A stretch of DNA of 32,000 bases from a virus. The stretch lies in IMG/VR virus record IMGVR_UViG_3300015608_001846, positions 90,001 through 122,000 of that record, one strand, 5' to 3'. The position numbers were made by a program, and so were the translations under genes. Shown here piece after piece: positions 6,638 through 15,161 of the stretch. How positions within the stretch are numbered: the stretch's first letter is position 1; every line of letters starts with the position of its first letter. The notes below the pieces were generated by a model that ran no database searches, was not told the origin of the DNA, and saw only the letters and a list, made by a program, of their open reading frames with translations.

Positions 6638-7871
6638 GGTCGTCCGACGTCGGTGACTCACCTTCGTTGCTTGCTTCGCCCATTGTGACGGTATACGTCG
6701 CATCGATCGCTCGATCGATGAAGGGCTTGTACAGCGGATCCTTCATCAGGTCTCCGAACTCGCTCTTGTAGAACTTCTTTTCAATGACGATTTCACCCGT
6801 TGAAGCGTCGTTGACGCTCAACAGCTTCCACGGTCCAGAGCCCGAAACGCTGATCTCGATCTGCTTGACGTTGCCTTGAGCGTCAGCATAGTCGCTGGTC
6901 ACCTTGTTTTTCTCACAAAACGAACGAACTTCATCAAAGATGTACTCGTGTTCGACGATGCCACGACCAAAGATGATGTCAAACTCGTACTTGCGAAACG
7001 GAGGAGCGACCTTGTTTTTCTTGATGGTACAGATGACGTGGATACCGATGATGTTACCGTTCTTGTCCTTGACCTGCGTACCGGACGTCAAGCGAATACG
7101 AACTGTAGCATGGTATGGGATGGCCTTCCCTCCCGGAGTGATCAAAGGATCACCATGGGTGACTCCGATCGCCTCACGCAGCTGGTTCAGGCACATCAAT
7201 GTCACGTTGTTCTGACCGATGATGCCAGTGATCTTACGCATGCCCTTGCTGATGACACGGGCCTGTAGACCGACGGTTGAATCCTCGTACTCACCGTTGA
7301 GTTCGGCTAGCGGGCTACATGCGGCGACTGAGTCCCAGATCACCACAACCGGAACGTCCTTGTTGAGCTTCTTTGACTTGACGATCGTGTCTTCGATCGC
7401 CTTGAAGACGTGCTCGGTGGCGTGGATGTCCATGTAGACGAAGCCTCGCTTGATGTTGATCCCCATCTGCTGCAGCTTCAACAGCGGCGTTGCATTTTCA
7501 GTATCAACATAGATGACAATGCCGCCCAACGCTTGGGCGTTGGCCGCGGCGTGGTAAGCAAGGTGTGACTTGCCGATAGAAGGTGGACCAGAGATTTCAA
7601 TGATGCGACCCTCGGGGTAGCCACCCCCAGCCGCATTGCGAATCGCATAGTTGAGTTGGATTGAGCCCGTGTCGAGCCAACGCTTGACGACAGTCGGTGC
7701 TTCAGATTCTGCGAGGTTGTATGCCACACGCATCCCGAAGTCCTTGTTGATATCTTTGATCAATGCGGCCGTGAGATCATCGATCTCGTCGGCCGCATTT
7801 TTCTTGGAATCAACAGGAGACTCAGCGGGAGCGTTTTTTGCCGCTCTTGCCACTGTTTTCCTTCCTATCAA
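6618..7871 (-). CDS. recA: RecA recombinase (bacterial RecA type)
   Basis: Motifs are GRIIEISGPPSIGKSHLAY (Walker A), VVVIWDSVAA (Walker B), GLQARVISKGMRKI, LNQLREAIGVTHGDPLITPGGKAIPYHATVRIRL and KKNKVAPPFRKYEFDIIFGRGI. The start is uncertain: TTG 7871, or GTG 7853, which is preceded by AGGAAGG. Confidence 0.9.
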   Translation of the reverse strand: MIGRKTVARAAKNAPAESPVDSKKNAADEIDDLTAALIKDINKDFGMRVAYNLAESEAPTVVKRWLDTGSIQLNYAIRNAAGGGYPEGRIIEISGPPSIGKSHLAYHAAANAQALGGIVIYVDTENATPLLKLQQMGINIKRGFVYMDIHATEHVFKAIEDTIVKSKKLNKDVPVVVIWDSVAACSPLAELNGEYEDSTVGLQARVISKGMRKITGIIGQNNVTLMCLNQLREAIGVTHGDPLITPGGKAIPYHATVRIRLTSGTQVKDKNGNIIGIHVICTIKKNKVAPPFRKYEFDIIFGRGIVEHEYIFDEVRSFCEKNKVTSDYADAQGNVKQIEISVSGSGPWKLLSVNDASTGEIVIEKKFYKSEFGDLMKDPLYKPFIDRAIDATYTVTMGEASNEGESPTSDDHELADN

Positions 7872-8764
7872 TCGTCTTGCATCAGTTCGTCAAAGGCTTC
7901 GTCAAGGCTTTTCTTTTCGACTGGAGCCTCATCTACATCAACGTCACCTGCCGGCTTCGGCGCGGACTTCACAGGCTTTGCAGCCTTAGCATTCGCCGCC
8001 TTCGGCTTATCGCTCTTCACGTCCTCGACCAGCTTGTCGAGAGCATCTGCAGGCGCAGTTCCTCGAGACGATCCTTCTGATGTATCAGGAGGAGCGCCGC
8101 CGTTGAGCCAGTTGTTCAGAATCGTTTCAATCTCTTGAAAAGATTTCTGTTTGTACATGTCGTCAATGTTGGGCACCGATTCGAGCCATTTTGTGGCCTG
8201 TTCAGTGTTTTCAGACAGTTTCGATTGTTTCCTTGCTGGATCGATCTCATAATCGAGGGATGGCTTCCCGTTGAACATCTTCCCCGGTGGGTGTGTCACC
8301 TTGACCTTGAGGTCAAAACCCTCGATCGGATCGAGAAAGTCACCAACGTCCTCATCGTCAAAGAAACCCAACAGGCGCTTGTAGATCGGGCTACCGAAGG
8401 CCCAGACCATGACGCCTTTGTCTTCAGCATCGCGATCGACAATGGCCATGAACGTACGCATTCGTGGCTGCAGTTTTTTGGCCAACTCACGATCAGCCGG
8501 CTTCTTTGTCGAGTACAACTTCCTGATCAAGTCATTGACCGGATCGGGTAGGTTGAACTGATGAGGTGCATAGAAGCCCTGAGTGTCACCCAAGTAATAA
8601 AACCACCGTTCGATGAACGGAAGCCCTGCCGATGCATTTTTCCACGGAACGCCTCTGACCCGGTATTCGCCCACGCTGGGTTTCCACAACTGGATCGATG
8701 ACGTACGCCGTGCTCCGTTCAGTTCTGCCATCCGACGACGGATGGCCTCAAGATCAACTGCCAT
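7868..8764 (-). CDS. Single-stranded DNA-binding protein, T4 gp32-like
   Basis: It aligns by eye to T4 gp32. Matching segments are EAIRRRMAELNG (gp32 AELAAQMAKLNG), YRVRGVP (IRFLP), PIEGFDLKVKV (PWEGANFVLKVK), VPNIDDMY (IPNIDD), and an Ala/Lys-rich linker followed by an acidic tail DEAFDELMQDD. The gp32 zinc-binding Cys/His cluster is not evident. Confidence 0.8.
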   Translation of the reverse strand: MAVDLEAIRRRMAELNGARRTSSIQLWKPSVGEYRVRGVPWKNASAGLPFIERWFYYLGDTQGFYAPHQFNLPDPVNDLIRKLYSTKKPADRELAKKLQPRMRTFMAIVDRDAEDKGVMVWAFGSPIYKRLLGFFDDEDVGDFLDPIEGFDLKVKVTHPPGKMFNGKPSLDYEIDPARKQSKLSENTEQATKWLESVPNIDDMYKQKSFQEIETILNNWLNGGAPPDTSEGSSRGTAPADALDKLVEDVKSDKPKAANAKAAKPVKSAPKPAGDVDVDEAPVEKKSLDEAFDELMQDD

Positions 8765-8786
8765 GTTTCCTCTTTCCTTTGATGTG

Positions 8787-8818
8787 CCAAGACGCAGTCA
8801 GTATTGTCTACGTCTTGG
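8787..8818 (-). promoter_or_regulatory. 8-bp-stem hairpin in the SSB leader (ccaagacg / cgtcttgg, 16-nt loop)
   Basis: The arms 8787-8794 and 8811-8818 are perfect complements. The hairpin lies 22 nt upstream of the SSB ATG and is followed by an A-rich stretch cacatcaaaggaaagaggaaac. There is no U-tract, so it is not an intrinsic terminator. Confidence 0.4.
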
Positions 8819-8878
8819 TACCTTACCGCTTTGTTGTCTACAAGTTCAACCCACGAATGCGAGTTGAAAGCCTTTAAA

Positions 8879-9124
8879 TCAACGTTTCTTCGTTCGATTC
8901 TTTTTACGCCCAACCGCATCGGGGTTCATCCCAAGAGGGAGTGAGTACCCTGCGACGGCTCCGGACCCTGCCGCTGAGAACTCTTGGACGCACTCCTCAG
9001 TACCTTCGTCCTCATGTCCTTCGTCACTGTGTTCCGATGAATCCGCTGAAACAAGCTGTTGCGGCACTCGAGCCAGGCGGGCCTCAATGACCGTTCTGAT
9101 GTAGCGTCGCAACAAGTTGTGCAT
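8879..9124 (-). CDS. Small acidic protein (81 aa) with the shared N-terminal helix motif and a basic C-terminus
   Basis: The sequence runs MHNLLRRYIRTVIEARL..., then an acidic block SSEHSDEGHEDEGTEE, then AGYSLPLGMNPDAVGRKKNRTKKR. There is no recognisable domain. Confidence 0.5.
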   Translation of the reverse strand: MHNLLRRYIRTVIEARLARVPQQLVSADSSEHSDEGHEDEGTEECVQEFSAAGSGAVAGYSLPLGMNPDAVGRKKNRTKKR

Positions 9125-9180
9125 GGTCTTAAGTATGGCGCATACGGTCTATTTGAGCCCTTAGATCAGATCAAATTGCC

Positions 9181-9774
9181 TCACGGAAAGGCACCCTTTT
9201 CCTGCATCGTAGCACAGTAATCAGCTGTCATGACGACAAATGCTAGCAGCGGTTCCTTGAGACAGTACTGCCTGTTCTCTTCAACGACAAATCCATCATT
9301 GAGCTTGATCGCCAACATCTCATCTCGACTGAGCTGGATGCCGAAATGCTGCATCAAGAAGATGCTCTGATCAGGTACTGACATGTAATCCATGTCCTTG
9401 TTGACAGTGTATTCATCTCCGTATTTTTCGACCTTCCATTGCTCAGTCTGCGGAACGTAATAGTCGTTGTTGACGTCGCCGACCTTCCCCAGGTCATGGA
9501 AAAGACACGCAATGATGAGCGATTCCTTGGATAGCTTCCATCCCATGGCCTGCTGCAATCGCATGGCGTTACCTAGCACCCGTAGTGAGTGATCGACCAG
9601 GCCTCCTGGGAATGCATTATGAAAATCCTTCCTCGATGAGGCTGGGCACAGGCACAGGCGCTCTTCAAGGACATCAATCATGTGCATGATCTGCGGAGCT
9701 CGGGCGCCCGTCTTTTCAAGGAGCGATCGAAACTTCTGCCAGTTTTTCTCGATGAGTTCAGGAGTCAATGACAT
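9181..9774 (-). CDS. HD-domain metal-dependent phosphohydrolase
   Basis: The H...HD...D pattern is present: VDHSLRV, CLFHDLGKVG, MTADYC. Confidence 0.75.
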   Translation of the reverse strand: MSLTPELIEKNWQKFRSLLEKTGARAPQIMHMIDVLEERLCLCPASSRKDFHNAFPGGLVDHSLRVLGNAMRLQQAMGWKLSKESLIIACLFHDLGKVGDVNNDYYVPQTEQWKVEKYGDEYTVNKDMDYMSVPDQSIFLMQHFGIQLSRDEMLAIKLNDGFVVEENRQYCLKEPLLAFVVMTADYCATMQEKGAFP

Positions 9775-9811
9775 GTCTTCACCATACTGCTAAAAAACGT
9801 ATCTTTTGTCA

Positions 9812-11032
9812 TCAAGCATGTACATTGACGTCTGACACCGTGAGGTGAAACTTCTGAACGTATCCTGGAACGCTGACGCTGTTGATCGCTTTCACGACAT
9901 CGACATCATCAGCTGGCACGTCGAGGAACAGCCCATCGTGCAACAAAAAGATCGGTCGGACGCTGGGCGCACTTTCAACCAACCTAGCGATGACCTGTCG
10001 GAAACCGAGAAGGGCAACGTCGACGCCCGTTGATTGAGCATAGTAGTTCAACATCACGTGGTTCAACGGCTCATCAATCAACACGTGTCGACCGTAACGA
10101 TTGACGATGTGACCGGATGACAAAAACTGCGCCCGGATGCGTTCAAGCAGCTCAGAAGTGTTGAAGTACGACCTGACTCGCGCCATGTATCGATCGAGCT
10201 CCTTGCTACCCATGTTGAGTCGAACAGCTAGGGCATGCCTAGAGCTGCCGTACAGCTCACAGATGACAATGCCCTTGACGACCTGGCGTGGGGCATCACC
10301 GACCTCACGGGCGATGTGCGAATACAGGTCGGGTTCATCGCACCGTCGACCGGCTTCATACAACAGGATCCTCGGTTCTAAGGCGGCAAAGTCGATCGCC
10401 ATGATCCTGCCACCTGTCGTCGACGGTGCGATGATGCCTCGTTGTTCCTTTTTAAGCGTCAGTATGTTAGGACCAGATGCTACTGTCATCCGACCCGTCA
10501 AGGTCCCAAACCGGTTGTACGACACTTGACCAGCAAAACCGTGACGGTCGGGTTCGAACGTTGCCAAGGCATGTAGGTTGCCCGCGCCAGAATCGACTGC
10601 AGCCTGCCACTGGCTTCGATCGATACGTGCTCGGTGCAGGCTGCCCAAAACCTCATTCCCTGGCACCCAAGTGTCATTGTAATAATTCACAGGCAAGGAA
10701 GGGACGGCCTCTACCGCTCGAGCCACCAGTGTTTTTACAAAGTCACGGTATGCTGCATCAGGCATCATCCTGTGCCATGGCGGGTGTGATGACCAGTTCG
10801 AACCGGACAACAATGGCACTGTCGCCTTGACAAACCTCTCCGGCGGGTTGATGTCGATGGCAACTTGACCCAACCTCAACAGGGTGTCTAGACAACGCGA
10901 GTGACCAGGCTTGACAGTCCCTGTCAGGTGCCAAGAGTCGGGTGGCACCGTCGACGTCCAGACAAAACGTGCATCATCACAGACGATGTGTCGATCGGTG
11001 CCCAACAGGCACGAGTCGATGCAAACTCGCAT
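9812..11032 (-). CDS. Family A DNA polymerase, polymerase domain only (406 aa, no recognisable 3'-5' or 5'-3' exonuclease domain)
   Basis: Motifs are YNRFGTLTGRMTVASGPNILTL (TGRLSS/PNLQN-like), IMAIDFAALEPRILL (motif A), RQVVKGIVICELYGSS (motif B), YYAQSTGVDVAL and IFLLHDGLFLDV (motif C). Confidence 0.85.
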   Translation of the reverse strand: MRVCIDSCLLGTDRHIVCDDARFVWTSTVPPDSWHLTGTVKPGHSRCLDTLLRLGQVAIDINPPERFVKATVPLLSGSNWSSHPPWHRMMPDAAYRDFVKTLVARAVEAVPSLPVNYYNDTWVPGNEVLGSLHRARIDRSQWQAAVDSGAGNLHALATFEPDRHGFAGQVSYNRFGTLTGRMTVASGPNILTLKKEQRGIIAPSTTGGRIMAIDFAALEPRILLYEAGRRCDEPDLYSHIAREVGDAPRQVVKGIVICELYGSSRHALAVRLNMGSKELDRYMARVRSYFNTSELLERIRAQFLSSGHIVNRYGRHVLIDEPLNHVMLNYYAQSTGVDVALLGFRQVIARLVESAPSVRPIFLLHDGLFLDVPADDVDVVKAINSVSVPGYVQKFHLTVSDVNVHA

Positions 11033-11074
11033 AGTACGTACAGATCTTAGCCTACGCGTGTAGCAGTTTACACA

Positions 11075-11113
11075 TCACTTCTTTGACTGTGTATCGATCT
11101 CTTGTACTGATTT
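11075..11113. repeat. Direct repeat copy A (39 bp), downstream boundary of the HEG cassette
   Basis: The plus-strand sequence is tcacttctttgactgTgtatcgatctcttgtactgaTtt. It matches 11887-11925 at 37 of 39 positions. Confidence 0.9.
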
Positions 11114-11890
11114 GTGCCTTCGTCGCGGCGCTGACAAGATCCCTAGTTCAACGAGCCTCTCACGGTTCCATAGTTCAGAGTTCTTGTATTTTTCATGGAA
11201 CCATTCCCACTTTTCCTTTCCGACGTGACCACCTTTTCGTTCAAAAGTTCCCTTGATCTCAATGTACGTGTCTGCAAATGTACCGTCCAAGACGTAAAGA
11301 TCAACGTAGTACGTTCGTCCTTGAGGCGTCTGGAACGCTAGTTGCCATCGAAAATCGATCTGATTCGTGTTTAACCAATCCACGACGGCTAGTTCATAGC
11401 CACCAACGCAATGAATGTCTTCGCCAGACTTCCAATGTTTTACGACCGTGCAAAACCGGCTAGCAGCGATTCCATTTAATCTTCCTCGAGCTGGATGTCC
11501 GCTGTATCCATTTAAGACGGTGTACGGCATCGCTACAAATTCACCATGATCTTTGTCAAGAAATCTCATCTTTACGTGTGAATTCACATAACACTGTCCG
11601 GGTGACAATGTTACATTGTCACCGTGATGAAGGGTTAATTTTTGCTCGATCTCTTCTGGCGTTAAGAGAGAACGTTTCCAATTAACATGCTTGTGACCCG
11701 TGTGTCGGCGACCGTTGCACACAGATTTGACCTGAGCATGCCATACGCCATACGTTTTATCGATAAACCGCGCACGTTTATTCGCTGAAATATACGACGA
11801 TTCGTCAATCGTAACAGTGTCACCGTGTACTTGTCTAAGCCTAGACTTGATCTCTTCGATCGAAATTTTTCTTGACACAAAGATTGTCAC
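11075..11890 (-). CDS. Free-standing homing endonuclease-like protein: two N-terminal HGD-type DNA-binding repeats + PD-(D/E)XK nuclease core
   Basis: The repeats are IEEIKSRLRQVHGDTVTIDESSYISANKRARFIDKTYGVWHAQV and PEEIEQKLTLHHGDNVTLSPGQCYVNSHVKMRFLDKDHGEFVAMP. The C-terminal core has GYELAVVDWL ... YYVDLYV ... TYIEIKG (E ... D ... ExK). The GTG start overlaps the upstream stop. The last 12 codons duplicate the end of the upstream structural gene. Confidence 0.65.
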   Translation of the reverse strand: MTIFVSRKISIEEIKSRLRQVHGDTVTIDESSYISANKRARFIDKTYGVWHAQVKSVCNGRRHTGHKHVNWKRSLLTPEEIEQKLTLHHGDNVTLSPGQCYVNSHVKMRFLDKDHGEFVAMPYTVLNGYSGHPARGRLNGIAASRFCTVVKHWKSGEDIHCVGGYELAVVDWLNTNQIDFRWQLAFQTPQGRTYYVDLYVLDGTFADTYIEIKGTFERKGGHVGKEKWEWFHEKYKNSELWNRERLVELGILSAPRRRHKSVQEIDTQSKK

Positions 11891-11925
11891 TTCTTTGACT
11901 GCGTATCGATCTCTTGTACTGACTT
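11887..11925. repeat. Direct repeat copy B (39 bp) = 3' end of the 993-aa structural gene
   Basis: The plus-strand sequence is tcacttctttgactgCgtatcgatctcttgtactgaCtt. Both copies encode KSVQEIDTQSKK followed by a stop. The repeat period is 812 bp. Confidence 0.9.
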
Positions 11926-14868
11926 CAGTTGTTGCTTGATGTACTCGACGACCGTAGGAGCCCCTTCGAACCTACCGTATGCATCGTAGAACGACAATGT
12001 CATTTGAGATTCGAACTTTCCAGGTGTGATAGAATGAGTCAATCCAGTAAGAATGTAGATGTTATCAATCGTCGTCCCCGTGTTGAAGTCAATGAAGAAC
12101 ATCTGACCGTTGTTCAACAACGGACAACCCAAGGCGTTGATCGTCAACGCTGCTGGGATGACACGTAGCGGCAACCCGCCCACACCGGAACCATTGGGCA
12201 TGGCAACCGATGGCTTGCCTGACTTGCGTGACACCGTCTGCATCTGGACGACGCTAAGCAGGGGGTCTTGCTTGGAGGCCAGGTTGGCTGACGTCACCAC
12301 AGTACCATTCATGCCGTAGACGATCGTCGGCACCATCCTTGACACGTATTCCTTGATGTCCGGATTGCTGATGATCCTACCTGGCACCCCCGTCTCTGTC
12401 TGAGACGACTGCGTCCGATCGATCCTTCCGTCTGGGGACAGAGACGGAAGGAGCTCTTTCCACACATCGACCGCCTGTGCCTTGTCGCTGGACCGTTGCT
12501 TGAGATAGTCTTTGGTGATGCCCAGTGTTTCAGCATCGATGAACTCTGGGCCCGATTCGGCATCCCCGCGCAGGATCTGTCCTGGCAACTTGTACGGGTT
12601 GTTCGTCTTGTCAAAGACGTGGATTCGCATGATCTTACGATAGTTGCCGGCGATGTCCTCATTGGGCGCTGGGTTCAGCGTAAACTGCTCGAACTGTTGC
12701 GATGTCTCAAGGCGCCGCAACAGGTCGCTGTTGTTTCCCGATGATGCCCACAGCGTTTCGATGTACATTTCGACCTGCGGCATCTTGAAAGGACCTTGTG
12801 CGATGTTGATACCTGCAAGAGCGCTTTCGTAGGCCTGTTCAGCTCCCTCCTTGAACTTCTGATCGACTTTGTTGGCAGGGTCATAGGGCGCAAAGTACGA
12901 CCGAAATCCGTAACCGGGAGCGCGTGTGTCGCTGACCTGAGCATCGATGATCAGGCGAAAGAACTCCTCGATCGATAGCCTCTCAGATCCCTTCCTTTCA
13001 ACGTACTCGCGGTACTGGTCGAGGAACACCGGCATGTCGATAGGAAACTCAGCGAGGTTGGTTCCAGCAGCCGCTCCCGCGTGGTCGTTGACCTGGTAGA
13101 AGAACAGTTGCATCTCGTCGATACCACCGATTTGTTGGAACGAGTTGCCGATGAAGACAGACATCAGCTTGCCCAGCGACACCAGTTTCTTCCCAAACTC
13201 CTGACGATCTGTTTCACTACGGTAGGCATTGACGACCTCGACTAGGTTAGAGAACGGGTGAGGGGCCGCCTTCGCGTCAGTGGCTGCGACCTTGTCCTTT
13301 GCAGCAATCGGCAAAAACGGATCAGGTTCTTTGGTGACGCTGGTCAACAAACCTGAGGCCACGCGTGACGCGTCGCTACGTAATTGTGCCTTGAAGTCAA
13401 GGTTCTGCTTGTTGTCAGTCTTGTAGTACGTCTCAAGGGCGTTCAATAGTCCCTGTGCGGCATCTTTATCGATCTTACCGCCGGGCCTAGCAAAGCTCTC
13501 CTTCATCGCCTTGATCGAGTCCTGGATGTCCTTGCCCGACATGTCGGGCAGCGCACCGCGCTCTGCAGACTCAATCAACATGAACCCACGGATCTCTCGG
13601 TTGACGCCCTCAGTCGGACCGATACCCAACGCAGTCCGGTACTCGCTGATCTGTTGACCCAGTTCGCGAAGCTTCTTGATGGTGTTCAACGTGCCATCGT
13701 TTTTGTCACTCGTCCTCGCCGTTCTCATCTCAGGTATGCCTTTGGTCCACAGCTCAATGTTGAGCGTGACCTGACCGACTGGATCAAACGAGAACTGAGA
13801 ATTTACGATGCCGTAGGCCTCCCGCGTCAGCATGTTGCCATTGATGAAATCAGAATAGTTGCCCGAGCCGGCGACCTGCGCTCCAGATGGCTCAGGCGGA
13901 TGACGCCAACCATAGGTGATCCACACAGTGGGAGCTGTCTGCGCATTCTGGTAGATCTGAGGCCTGACCAGGTCGCTGATCTCAGCCATCCTTGATCTGT
14001 CATGTAGCTTCAGCGTCAACGTAGCCTTCTTGTATGAATACATTCCGACTGTCGGCGTCACAGAAACGTTGAAACTCTCGATCGACATCAGTGGCCGAAA
14101 CGGGTCTAGGACATCGACATAGCGAGCGCTGTGACTAACCTGTTGTGGATTGATGAGCGTCTGAGGAGATGTAAACATCTCCATGCCGGCCAAGGTGTGT
14201 TGTTGGCCGAAGGCCACGTCGTGTACTTCACGTGCAGCGATCATCGCAGCATCTGCTGATTTGTTATCTGCTCCCGCTGACGGATCAGAGCCCAGCAAGA
14301 ACTTCATCAGCCCAGGGGACTGAAGGTTGACAGGATCGACACGATTGAACACGAACTCGACCTCGAGGATGGGCACCATCCTCGAGGCGATCAGGCTCGG
14401 AACGTAGTTCATGAACATCTCGATGCGTTCAGCGTTCCGCGTCGCCGGGCTCAGGTAACCTGAATTGCTGAGCAGGATGCACATGGGTTTCTTGGGATCG
14501 ACGTCCTGGCCGATGATCTCTCGAAAACTGACGTTATTTATGACAGTCTTTCCGTCGTTGCCCACAGCAACGTTCTGTGATTGGCCCAACGCATTTACAC
14601 GTTTACCGGTGCTGCTATAGAAGCTGATCGTCCTCTTGAACTGCTCGAGCTTTTCAGGTGACGCATTGGACGCTAGCTCTTCAAGGCGATTTCCCAACGC
14701 ATCGACGGTCAATACGCCGCCGGGTCCGACGTTGTAAAGAGCGTCGAGCAGCTCTTTCGTAAAGTTTGTCGTCTCTATTGAACCTTGCGACAGCTTCTGC
14801 GCTCCCAACAGGTCTGCGGGAGTGATCATTCGATAGATCGATTCGAGGGTTGATACGTCGACAGCCAT
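11887..14868 (-). CDS. Large virion structural protein (993 aa), probably baseplate or hub associated
   Basis: A long uninterrupted ORF, translationally coupled (TGATG) to the LysM-like gene in the tail module. I recognise no enzymatic motif. The function is inferred from position only. Confidence 0.55.
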   Translation of the reverse strand: MAVDVSTLESIYRMITPADLLGAQKLSQGSIETTNFTKELLDALYNVGPGGVLTVDALGNRLEELASNASPEKLEQFKRTISFYSSTGKRVNALGQSQNVAVGNDGKTVINNVSFREIIGQDVDPKKPMCILLSNSGYLSPATRNAERIEMFMNYVPSLIASRMVPILEVEFVFNRVDPVNLQSPGLMKFLLGSDPSAGADNKSADAAMIAAREVHDVAFGQQHTLAGMEMFTSPQTLINPQQVSHSARYVDVLDPFRPLMSIESFNVSVTPTVGMYSYKKATLTLKLHDRSRMAEISDLVRPQIYQNAQTAPTVWITYGWRHPPEPSGAQVAGSGNYSDFINGNMLTREAYGIVNSQFSFDPVGQVTLNIELWTKGIPEMRTARTSDKNDGTLNTIKKLRELGQQISEYRTALGIGPTEGVNREIRGFMLIESAERGALPDMSGKDIQDSIKAMKESFARPGGKIDKDAAQGLLNALETYYKTDNKQNLDFKAQLRSDASRVASGLLTSVTKEPDPFLPIAAKDKVAATDAKAAPHPFSNLVEVVNAYRSETDRQEFGKKLVSLGKLMSVFIGNSFQQIGGIDEMQLFFYQVNDHAGAAAGTNLAEFPIDMPVFLDQYREYVERKGSERLSIEEFFRLIIDAQVSDTRAPGYGFRSYFAPYDPANKVDQKFKEGAEQAYESALAGINIAQGPFKMPQVEMYIETLWASSGNNSDLLRRLETSQQFEQFTLNPAPNEDIAGNYRKIMRIHVFDKTNNPYKLPGQILRGDAESGPEFIDAETLGITKDYLKQRSSDKAQAVDVWKELLPSLSPDGRIDRTQSSQTETGVPGRIISNPDIKEYVSRMVPTIVYGMNGTVVTSANLASKQDPLLSVVQMQTVSRKSGKPSVAMPNGSGVGGLPLRVIPAALTINALGCPLLNNGQMFFIDFNTGTTIDNIYILTGLTHSITPGKFESQMTLSFYDAYGRFEGAPTVVEYIKQQLKSVQEIDTQSKK

Positions 14869-15161
14869 CAGCTCACCAAACGTGCGACCGCTGCAAGTTC
14901 AGGGACCTTGATGATGGTGCCCGGGGGCACCTGCAAGCCCCATCCGATGTCGCTAGCTGCGGCAAGGACCCACCAATAACTAGCGTCACCGTAAAAGCTA
15001 CCCGCAAGGGTGTCAAGGCGTTCAGCGCCCCGAAGGATCACTGTCTTGACCGGCAGCTTGCCGTCCTTGATTGCAGCACGAATGTGTTGGATCGCAAATG
15101 ACGTACCAAACTGCGCGCCGAAATCAATCCTAGGAGTCCTGGCATACCTGCTGAAAGGCAT
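14868..15161 (-). CDS. LysM-like tail/baseplate protein (P2 gpX-like)
   Basis: VILRGAERLDTLAGSFYGDASYWWVLAAASDIGWGLQVPPGTIIKVP fits the LysM pattern (x-V-x-x-G-D/E-x-L..IA..yyG..........l..G..i.iP). The size and position match gpX-type proteins of contractile tails. Confidence 0.65.
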   Translation of the reverse strand: MPFSRYARTPRIDFGAQFGTSFAIQHIRAAIKDGKLPVKTVILRGAERLDTLAGSFYGDASYWWVLAAASDIGWGLQVPPGTIIKVPELAAVARLVS

